Shown one piece after another: positions 35,102 through 43,066 of a DNA stretch of 64,000 nt. Source of the DNA: an uncultured Rubripirellula sp. (GTDB taxonomy: Bacteria > Planctomycetota > Planctomycetia > Pirellulales > Pirellulaceae); the NCBI GenBank assembly GCA_938085445.1, contig CALKGR010000076.1:25921-89920 (forward strand). The letters are read 5' to 3'. Positions within the stretch are counted from its first letter, which is position 1. Each line of letters starts with the position of its first letter. The notes beneath the pieces were generated by a model, which made no database searches, was not told the origin of the DNA, and saw nothing but the letters and a program-made list of their open reading frames with translations. Position numbers and translations under genes: made by a program.

Positions 35102-36109
35102 ATGCTTATCGTGAATCATTTGATTCGTTTTGTAGTCTGCGTTCTGTCTGTTGGTGGTAGTGTCGTGCTTGCGGATCCAGCAGTGGACCGCAATACGACC
35201 CGGTCAAACAGGGCTGGCGCCACTGGTGGCGGAAGTGATGTAACCGAGACTGATTTGAACATCAGCAACGATAAGATTGTGCGTAAGAAGCCAGGTCGAC
35301 AGGCCTCGAGTGACATGACGCTGGATTCCGATCTGTCGCAGAGAGGTTCAGGGACAGTCAAGTTTTTTAACAATAGCAAGGGGTTTAGGATCTCAGCATC
35401 GATTCAGGACGGGGCTGGTGACTTACCTGAGACTGATTTGAACATCAGCAACGATAAGATTGTGCGTAAGAGGCCAGGTCGACAGTCCTCGAGTGACATG
35501 ACGCCGGATTCCGATCTGTCGCAGAGAGGTTCAGGGACAGTTGAGTTCTTTAATGATACCAAGGGATTCAGGATCTCAGCAGCAGATCAGGCTAACGTCG
35601 GAACGCTTCGTAACAATGATCCCATTCCCGGAATCGACATCATTGTTGAGAAAGATTCAGTGGTAGATTCTGCAATCGCGAATTCGGTTGTGATGCTCTA
35701 CTACCAGTTGCTGTTGGAAGGTGCCAGCGATTCAGAGGCAATTGAATATGGACTGATTGCTGCCCTGATGGCTGATTCCGATGCGATTGAATACGGATTG
35801 ATTGCCGCTCTCATGGGTGAAGTACCAGAGAATCAACTTGCTGATGCGGACGAAATCATTGTGCGCAAGAAACCCGGTCGCGTGGCAGATACTGCTGAAC
35901 TCAGCGGCGGGCTTGGTGACAATGCCTCCGGCACGCATCGCAAGAACGATCCCATTCCTGAGATCGACGTGATAGTTGAGCGAGATTCAGAGGAGGATCC
36001 TGCGATGTACGATTCACCACTCGTGATGCTCAACGAGATGCTGAAAGCGGGTTACAGTCAAGCCGAGGTCGTTGATTTTGCTTTGGCAACAGGATTACTG
36101 GGAGGTTGA
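35102..36109 (+). CDS. Secreted hypothetical protein made of repeated short motifs (mosaic protein)
   Basis: ~335-aa ORF with signal-peptide-like N-terminus; internal repeats diverge largely at synonymous sites, supporting a real coding sequence; ATG 35102 or TTG 35087. Confidence 0.8.
   Translation: MLIVNHLIRFVVCVLSVGGSVVLADPAVDRNTTRSNRAGATGGGSDVTETDLNISNDKIVRKKPGRQASSDMTLDSDLSQRGSGTVKFFNNSKGFRISASIQDGAGDLPETDLNISNDKIVRKRPGRQSSSDMTPDSDLSQRGSGTVEFFNDTKGFRISAADQANVGTLRNNDPIPGIDIIVEKDSVVDSAIANSVVMLYYQLLLEGASDSEAIEYGLIAALMADSDAIEYGLIAALMGEVPENQLADADEIIVRKKPGRVADTAELSGGLGDNASGTHRKNDPIPEIDVIVERDSEEDPAMYDSPLVMLNEMLKAGYSQAEVVDFALATGLLGG
35246..35581 (+). repeat. In-frame direct repeat, 2 x 153 bp (51 aa), period 183 bp
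   Basis: 35246-35398 and 35429-35581 both begin gagactgatttgaacatcagcaacgataagattgtgcgtaag and end ggatctcagca. Confidence 0.95.
35738..35815 (+). repeat. Tandem 33-bp in-frame repeat encoding AIEYGLIAALM twice (period 45 bp)
   Basis: gcaattgaatatggactgattgctgccctgatg (35738-35770) versus gcgattgaatacggattgattgccgctctcatg (35783-35815). Confidence 0.95.
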
Positions 36110-36318
36110 GTCTGAGTGCTTGAGAAATTGTCGCTGGTTCGCGTTTTATGGCTTCGATGGAATTTGAATCGTTACTACTTTGAGGATCAGGACGGAGCAG
36201 AGCGTCAGCGGATGGGTTCCGCATTGACAGTAATTCAACGGAACGGCGCTGGCTGTTCGGTTCGGCGGAAGGGAATTCAGCTGAACCAGTTTTCAAGCGG
36301 CCTTTTTGTTGGTCATGA

Positions 36319-37434
36319 TTATGACTTCAGTGTCTGATCGAAGAGTGGCTCAGAAACGCGGCCGCTCCACTGATGGCCTCCATTGAACTTATCGAAATGA
36401 AGATTTTCAGGGGCTCCTGATGCTTGGTAGCTCCGCAGCAAACACTCGCGAAAACGTTCGTCCCAACCGGGCACAATGAGGCGATCCTGAGAACCTGTTT
36501 CCCAAATTGTGGGCCGCGGTGCAATCAGGGCACCGATTTCCGAGTAGTCACCGTATTCCAGAAGCCGGGGAATGACCTGTGATCCGCAACTGTGGCGCTG
36601 CGAGAGCCTCTCCTGCATCAGATTCAATGCACCGCTGATTGCTGCGATGCGGATGCGTGGGTCGATCGCGCTGACGAGCATCGCCATTCGCCCTCCATAG
36701 GAAAGACCTGCACAGCCAATGCTTGCGGGTTTCAGATTGGCTTGTTGTTCCAGCAGGCTGATCGTCCAACGCAGATCGCGGAGGTTGGAAGTGATCGGTA
36801 GTTGACCCAGAGCCTGCATTCTCACAAAGGTAACCGCACAAGGATCTTTGCCTCCGTACCGTTCCGAATCAACACGCCTGCCAAATGGAATCATGCAAGG
36901 CGCCGCAACTAAATAGCCACGACGTACAAATTTCAATCCGTAGTCGTAGTTGGATTTTTCAATGTGCTTTGCGGCGTCTGTTTGGTCTTGGCAACCAACA
37001 ACTGCATCATGCCCCAGCGGGCCATGCCCATGAATGCACAGGACTCCGGGGACCTGCTTGGATGACGCCGTCTTGGGCTTCAGTAAATAGACCGGCAAAG
37101 ACGGAATGCCATCAGCAATGAGCAGAAGATCAAGTCGTGTGTGGTCTTTGCGTTCTTGCCGTGACAGTTCGGTGACGGACCATTGAGCAGGGGGGGATGA
37201 ATCACCAAGAAGTTCATCGAGCTTGCTGCGAAATTTTTGTTGCCAGTTCACAAAATCGCGACGACTGCTGCCCTGAAATTGCATGGACAGCTTCGCATGT
37301 TGCATCGCTGTCGCAATGTCACGGTCGACGCTCTGCCCCGACTCCTCTGCCAGGAGGGAGATGGCCGGTGGCATCATTGTGGCTCCACTTAGCCAACACA
37401 TCTGCTTTAGGAATGTCCGTTTATTTAAACACAT
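36319..37434 (-). CDS. Alpha/beta hydrolase (dienelactone hydrolase / acetylxylan esterase-like)
   Basis: PGVLCIHGHG, GCAGLSYGG nucleophile elbow (GxSxGG), LIAPRP, F.GGH; N-terminal NKRTFLK Tat-like motif. Confidence 0.85.
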   Translation of the reverse strand: MCLNKRTFLKQMCWLSGATMMPPAISLLAEESGQSVDRDIATAMQHAKLSMQFQGSSRRDFVNWQQKFRSKLDELLGDSSPPAQWSVTELSRQERKDHTRLDLLLIADGIPSLPVYLLKPKTASSKQVPGVLCIHGHGPLGHDAVVGCQDQTDAAKHIEKSNYDYGLKFVRRGYLVAAPCMIPFGRRVDSERYGGKDPCAVTFVRMQALGQLPITSNLRDLRWTISLLEQQANLKPASIGCAGLSYGGRMAMLVSAIDPRIRIAAISGALNLMQERLSQRHSCGSQVIPRLLEYGDYSEIGALIAPRPTIWETGSQDRLIVPGWDERFRECLLRSYQASGAPENLHFDKFNGGHQWSGRVSEPLFDQTLKS

Positions 37435-37601
37435 GGCTGCTCCGTGTTAGCTAATTCAACTTTTTTGTGGGAGCCAACTGACGTTGGGAACATCTGGCAT
37501 CCCCTTGTTTGTACAGGATCATAGCTTCAGGATGTTTCCGCTGAGGGCCATGTTTTGATCTTCGAGTCAACTTTCAGAGTCGAAGCTGAAGTCTGATGCA
37601 G

Positions 37602-38321
37602 TCACTCGTTCGGAAGCACCGAAGGTCCGATCAGCATCGCGTCACGGCGTGGAAAGTATCCAATTCGGCGATGCCTCATGATTTCATTGCCGATGATGCC
37701 TTCTGAGCCTGCAACCGACAACGACATACCGATCAAAGTCGGCAACTCTCCTGTCTGCAACAGGTACTTTACCTGATCTATTTCAAAGTTGGTTTGGACC
37801 AGTTTTGTTGTGAATTTTCCAAAGCCAGGTAAGAAATCTTCAACCTCTTTCGCTTGTGGGGGTAACGGTTCGTTGAACCTGATCAAGTAACTGTGGGGAG
37901 CACCTGTATCGAAAAACATGGTTTGGGATCGTCCAGCACATGTCACATTCAGAGTCGGAACACCCATGATGTTTCCGATTGCCAGTTCGTTTCCCACTAG
38001 CCCTAGCGAGCTGGCGTCCAGTTCATTTTCGGTGAGCTGCATTGTTTCGGCCTCGATATCCCAAAGGATGTCGTACTCGTTGAGGATGTCTGTGCCAAGC
38101 AATCCCTTGAATTCTACGCCGACAAGATCCGTCAGCGTGGGGATTGAAATTCCCATGTAGGTTGTCGGAACTTCGAAGACCCGCTGGTAACCGTTTTGAT
38201 CGAACGAAAGACGTAGCCCGGGTGAGATGCTGCTCGGGGCTCCCGTGTCCACCAACCATTTACCGTGGGAAGTGTGCATGAACAGGTGCGATTTTTCGTA
38301 GGTCATCTTCATGGTGATCAT
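37602..38321 (-). CDS. Two-lobed retropepsin-like aspartic protease
   Basis: Two DTG motifs (LVDTGA, FFDTGA), each followed by a hydrophobic-hydrophobic-Gly motif (GLLGTD, GIIGNE); start probably ATG 38321, 38312 or 38306; the 106-aa N-terminal extension in the ORF track looks non-coding. Confidence 0.8.
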   Translation of the reverse strand: MITMKMTYEKSHLFMHTSHGKWLVDTGAPSSISPGLRLSFDQNGYQRVFEVPTTYMGISIPTLTDLVGVEFKGLLGTDILNEYDILWDIEAETMQLTENELDASSLGLVGNELAIGNIMGVPTLNVTCAGRSQTMFFDTGAPHSYLIRFNEPLPPQAKEVEDFLPGFGKFTTKLVQTNFEIDQVKYLLQTGELPTLIGMSLSVAGSEGIIGNEIMRHRRIGYFPRRDAMLIGPSVLPNE

Positions 38322-38748
38322 GATCGAGTTCTTTTGGCCTGAGCTGAAGCGTGATTGAAGCGGCTGTTGGAATAGCCAGCACTGACACCATTGTCGCGCA
38401 CGCTCAGGCGTATCCGCGCACGTACGGCCGCCCCCACGCGGGCGTGTTACGCGGGCGTTGGAAAATAAACGTGATTTTTCGAAACGGGCTTGACTGGATT
38501 TTGAGTGCCTCAGGTTTTTTGAGTTCCTCGACGTTTTCGACGATACGCCAGCAACGCCATGGAGTCTTTGTGAGGGCGCCAGTTTGCCCAGCTTCAGCGG
38601 CCTACCAATTCGAGAATTCCTCCGTGATTTTTCTTGCAACTTTGTGAGCGACGCTTAGCATCCATCGCCCGGATCGGCAGGGATGCTAGCAAACGCGATG
38701 GGCGTTGCGTCTGACCGTGAAGGATGACGTTTTCACAAGGTTGAGCAG

Positions 38749-39039
38749 ATGGCAGAAGTTCCTTATCGACCCTACACGCGGCAGCGAAAGCCACGGTGCT
38801 GCCCCAAGTGTGGGAAACGGACGCTCGCTGCGATTCTCTATAAAGATCTGGTCCGTGATTACTTTTCACTACACGAACGTGAGCAATTGTTGACTGGCGC
38901 GTGCGTGATTGGTGGTCGTCGCAGAGTCACGGGAACGCATGCTCGCGAAGAGGGTTACGCGAAATGGATGTGTCGAAATTGTGGCTGCGAAGTTTATGCG
39001 GAAAAACACATTTCGGGTGCTGTTCGAATGGCAGGTTGA
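38749..39039 (+). CDS. Small Cys-rich putative zinc-binding protein
   Basis: 96 aa with CPKC and CRNC pairs plus an internal GACVI; divergent from the protease gene. Confidence 0.5.
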   Translation: MAEVPYRPYTRQRKPRCCPKCGKRTLAAILYKDLVRDYFSLHEREQLLTGACVIGGRRRVTGTHAREEGYAKWMCRNCGCEVYAEKHISGAVRMAG

Positions 39040-39299
39040 AGTTCTGCAGCCGGTTTGTCTCATGAGCTGGACTGTAGTTTAGGGTAGAAGCCGTTTTCCC
39101 ATTTGCCAGCAGGTTTTGTGGTGGACTTTTCCCGAGAATTCTGACGTGGCTGGTACAGACGTGACGAGTCAGATTATGCTGAGTGTTCGGCCGAAAGATG
39201 GTCGAGGCTGCCGGGTAGATATCGTTTAGGCAGCACTCGAATCATGGGCTGATCCTCCTGTTCTCCTTCCGATCCAACTATCTAACCAGGATTTATCAT

Positions 39300-40703
39300 A
39301 TGCAACCCAAACGGAATCTTACGCGTCGAGGATTTGTTCAAGGCACTATTGCGACCGGGTTGGCATCGGGTGGATTCTTGTCAACTGAGCGAGCATTCGG
39401 TTTTCAGTCGCCCAACGAACGCCCTGTTTTTGCCACCATTGGTCTGCGTAATCAGGGTGTGACGATTACGAACAAGTCCACTAAGTTTGCAGATTTCGCT
39501 GCGTTAGCTGATGTGGATTCGAAGGTTCTGGGAACCAACGTTGAGAAATTGGAAAAGCGTCAGGGCAAGAAACCTGACTCCCATGGTGACTATCGACGAG
39601 TTTTGGATCGCAAAGATATCGATGCCGTCATGATTGCGGCTCCGGATCACTGGCACACCAAAATTGCCATTGAGGCGATGTTGGCTGGCAAAGATGTCTA
39701 TTGTGAAAAACCGCTTACGTTGACGATTGCTGAAGGCAAGTTGATCGAGCAAGTCGTCAAGAAAACGGGGCGCACGTTTCAGGTGGGCACCATGCAGCGG
39801 ACTGAATCGGGGCAGCGATTCCTGCAGGCGATTGCATTGGTCAGAGCAGGACGCATTGGAACCGTCAAGAAAGTGACCTGTGGTATCGGTGGTTTTGGGC
39901 CTTCACCAGTGATTCCGGAAGCACCCATACCAGCAGAATTGGATTGGGACACATGGCTTGGTCCTGCACCCAAGGTCGCTTATCGTGCATTACCTGAAGT
40001 GCGTAAGGGCTACGGTGGGGGCGTGCCGCTCTATAGCAATTGCCATTATGCCTTCCGAAACTGGCACGCGTATTCTGGCGGTAAGTTGACCGACTGGGGC
40101 GCCCATCACGTCGACATTGCCCGCTGGGCAATTTCCGGGCAGAAGACTGGCACTCAGTCAAAGGCGTCGGATCAAGCGCGGGCTCGCAAAGTCACACCGT
40201 TGGATTACAAATTCGATGTCGAATATGACAAGAATGGATACCCGCTGGTTGATGATAAATATGACATCGCGATCAAATACAACATCAAGGCCGATATGGA
40301 CAATGGCGTTGAACTTTTAATTACCAACGAAGGTGATAACGGCATTTTGTTCGAAGGAACGAAGGGACGGTTTTTTGTAAACCGGGGAAAAATTGTCGGT
40401 AAGCCCGTCGAAGATCTTGAGAGTAATCCACTTCCAGGTGGCGCGATCGAAGATGTGTATGGTGGGCCTGTGCCAGAGAATCACACACTCAATTTCATTG
40501 AGGCGATCAATGCCGGGCAACAGCCAATCTCCGATGTTTGGACGCACAACCAAATGCTCGAAATTTGCCATCTGTCGAATATTGCGATGCGTTTGGGAAG
40601 GCCACTTGATTGGGATCCCGACAAGCGTGAAGTGATTGGTGACAAGCAGGCTAATTCCTTCCTGTCTCGCGAAAATCGCAAAGGATACGAGATCAATATG
40701 TAG
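39300..40703 (+). CDS. Gfo/Idh/MocA family oxidoreductase, Tat-exported
   Basis: LTRRGFVQ Tat motif; IGLRNQG; AAPDHWH; DVYCEKPL; GGKLTDWGAHHVD. Confidence 0.92.
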   Translation: MQPKRNLTRRGFVQGTIATGLASGGFLSTERAFGFQSPNERPVFATIGLRNQGVTITNKSTKFADFAALADVDSKVLGTNVEKLEKRQGKKPDSHGDYRRVLDRKDIDAVMIAAPDHWHTKIAIEAMLAGKDVYCEKPLTLTIAEGKLIEQVVKKTGRTFQVGTMQRTESGQRFLQAIALVRAGRIGTVKKVTCGIGGFGPSPVIPEAPIPAELDWDTWLGPAPKVAYRALPEVRKGYGGGVPLYSNCHYAFRNWHAYSGGKLTDWGAHHVDIARWAISGQKTGTQSKASDQARARKVTPLDYKFDVEYDKNGYPLVDDKYDIAIKYNIKADMDNGVELLITNEGDNGILFEGTKGRFFVNRGKIVGKPVEDLESNPLPGGAIEDVYGGPVPENHTLNFIEAINAGQQPISDVWTHNQMLEICHLSNIAMRLGRPLDWDPDKREVIGDKQANSFLSRENRKGYEINM

Positions 40704-40719
40704 TGATCGAGGCCCACTT

Positions 40720-40750
40720 TTGTTGACTTGTTGACTTGTTGACTTGTTGA
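40720..40750. repeat. Octamer tandem repeat (ttgttgac) x ~3.9
   Basis: ttgttgac ttgttgac ttgttgac ttgttga read directly at 40720-40750. Confidence 0.95.
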
Positions 40751-40759
40751 TGCAATCGC

Positions 40760-40799
40760 AGTGTCGCGTTCACGATGATCAGAGGACGCGACACTTTTT
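40760..40799 (+). terminator. Probable intrinsic terminator after the Gfo/Idh/MocA gene
   Basis: Perfect 10-bp inverted repeat agtgtcgcgt (40760-40769) / acgcgacact (40786-40795) followed by a T run. Confidence 0.65.
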
Positions 40800-41701
40800 G
40801 AATATGTCATCTTGTCTTAAACTTGTGTCCTATCGGTTCCGTTTTTGAGCAACAGAGTCGTATCATCCCTAATCGGATATGACGCTGAGAGCGCGGGGAT
40901 CATCGTGCTTTTCTTGTGAGATTCGACGTTTTTCTGCGGATCGATGGCATTCGCGAGTGGTTGTGATTAGGCACCATCCGTAGCGGCCATAACATGGTTT
41001 CTGCGTCATTGAGTGACTCAGTTGCCTGGGTTTCGAACGAAATGATTTCTACGCCAGTTTCAACCAGAGTATCTTTTGTCGTGTTTCAGGATTTTGAAAC
41101 ACTTGAGTCAATGCGGCTATTGCAATTTGCTTGCTCGGTTGGATTGGCTTGTTTGATCAATGAAGCTGTAGTGCTACCCGCTCAAGTAGCCATTTGAGAG
41201 GCTTGGTTCTGTCAACTTTGCATGATGTGCAATGAATAAGTAGCAGCTCGAGTCTGATGTGCTGCCGAGAAGTGGGGCTGTTGTCAAAGTGGCATTCAAG
41301 GAATGTCTTTTTAGTGCTGAATCGAGGCTTTCTGCAGAAGGTCTGAGGCTTTGTACCGTAAGGCGGAATTGGGCGGCAATGCATAACTGCGCTGCACATT
41401 GATCGACTCGCTTTTGTCACTGATTTCGAGTTTGATGCTTGACGCATGTTTGTTGAGAGCAGGAGACGTGTTTGTGGGAGCGGACATTAGTTCATGATTC
41501 GCTCACCCGCATTTGCAATGGACGTCTTTCCGTAGAAATGTGTGGTTGGACAGCACGACACACAAGAATCAACAATCCTCTAGAAGTCTGCTCGAATCTA
41601 AGGTGACAAATAAAATGAAGCATTGCTGAAAGGTTGCCTCGCGACGCGGGTACCTGTAGTGAGCGTTGGTTCGATTTACTACGAAATACAGGGGTTTCCT
41701 T

Positions 41702-42694
41702 ATGTTCAATAAGTTTTTTTACGGTGGTTCAGCGGTTGCAATTGATCGCAGCAGCTGTCAGAAGAAAAGACGGAAAACGAAACGCATCCCCCAAGTACAA
41801 AACCTTGATCAGCGAGTCGTCTTTGCTTCTGTGTCGTTCGATGCGGAAACGGGAATTGTGATGTTTCAGGAAGATCCAGCAGGTGAAGTCAACAATGTTA
41901 TTGTCAACGGCCCGGCAACGAATTTGACACTGCAGGATCAAGCAGGAATTGATATCGCCCCGGAGTCTGAGCCGTTTTTTACGCGTCTGTCGAACAACAA
42001 GGTAAAACTCAACGAGTTTGTCAACAAGGTTGTCTTGAACACTGGATCGCAGGATGATTTTGTGGGTGCGGGTGGAGCACGCGTTGAGACAGAAATGTTC
42101 CTTGGTGATGGCGATGATCATGTCATTTCTGGTAGCAGAGTCACCGATGTGATTCATGGCCAAGCGGGAAATGACATCATCCGTTCAAGTAGTGGTGATG
42201 ATCTTCTGTACGGTGGTGATGGCGACGATGAGCTATGGGCGGCAGCCGGGGACGATACAATTGAAGGCGGTGCTGGCAACGATATGCTTCGTGGTGGAGG
42301 TGGAAATGATATTCTGCTGGGTGGAGATGGTAATGACATGATTGGGGGGGATCATGGAAATGACGCTCTTCACGGTGGTGCTGGCCACGACAGCCTCAGG
42401 GGCGGTGCTGGGCAGGATGATATGTTCGGTGACGAGGGTTGCGACCTTTTCTTTGCAAGGCTCGCTGGCCGCGATGTCGACGGAAACATCGAGGGTGGTT
42501 CAGGAGCCGATGTCATGTTCTTTTCGGCTCTTGAAGCGACAAATATCGCGAATGACATTGAGATCAACGATGTTGAGGTTGGTCTTGTTGATGCATTTAA
42601 AAAATGCCGTCGCCTCAATTATCGTGACCTGTTCACGTGGGCTGGGCCAGAAAATAGTGGGCATGAAAAATGGACACTCATTCGATCCAGCTAA
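41702..42694 (+). CDS. Calcium-binding protein with hemolysin-type (RTX-like) GGxGxD nonapeptide repeats
   Basis: Run of GGxGND/GGxGxD repeats (~42100-42450); basic N-terminus plus QNLDQRVVFA, a degenerate planctomycete export motif. Confidence 0.85.
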   Translation: MFNKFFYGGSAVAIDRSSCQKKRRKTKRIPQVQNLDQRVVFASVSFDAETGIVMFQEDPAGEVNNVIVNGPATNLTLQDQAGIDIAPESEPFFTRLSNNKVKLNEFVNKVVLNTGSQDDFVGAGGARVETEMFLGDGDDHVISGSRVTDVIHGQAGNDIIRSSSGDDLLYGGDGDDELWAAAGDDTIEGGAGNDMLRGGGGNDILLGGDGNDMIGGDHGNDALHGGAGHDSLRGGAGQDDMFGDEGCDLFFARLAGRDVDGNIEGGSGADVMFFSALEATNIANDIEINDVEVGLVDAFKKCRRLNYRDLFTWAGPENSGHEKWTLIRSS

Positions 42695-43066
42695 GGTATT
42701 GGATTGGTTCGGGAGCGACGGGCAAGTGGTGTCTGAGACTTGTTGGTCTTGAAGCGATGGTGAGCTGTGAGGGTTTGATATCGCAGCTGGCATTCATGCA
42801 GGGTGCCAGCGGACTAGGTCACTTTTGCCTTGTCTAGTGGAAGTATCCTTCCGGATCGCTTTTGCCGATAAAGATTCGCGGGTGAGTTGTTGCTGGTGGC
42901 CAAGTTGAAAGTGCCAGTTTGTTTCACTTGTGGCAATGGTGACTCGTGATATCATCAGGCGAGGTAGCGGTGGCGTGGTCTGGTAATCTGAGTGCTGGAG
43001 CTAACTGCCCGTCGCTAGTGCAGATCGCAAGCGGGGTGTCTGTGACGCCAAAAAGAAAACGAGAGC

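Noticed and set aside
35246-35986. CRISPR array or DGR template/variable repeat
   Set aside because: The repeats are in-frame coding duplications without regular repeat-spacer periodicity. Differences are not confined to adenines, and no cas or reverse transcriptase gene is in the window.
35102-36109. Calling this ORF a cold-shock protein (csp) or Flp pilin (flp)
   Set aside because: Only 11-12-aa fragments match. RNP-1 is broken after KGF and RNP-2 is absent. The pilin motif is internal, lacks the prepilin cleavage Gly and is flanked by acidic residues.
38322-38639. 106-aa N-terminal extension of the aspartic protease ORF
   Set aside because: It is Arg/Ser-rich with no domain features and lies in the divergent intergenic region; it is probably an open frame by chance.
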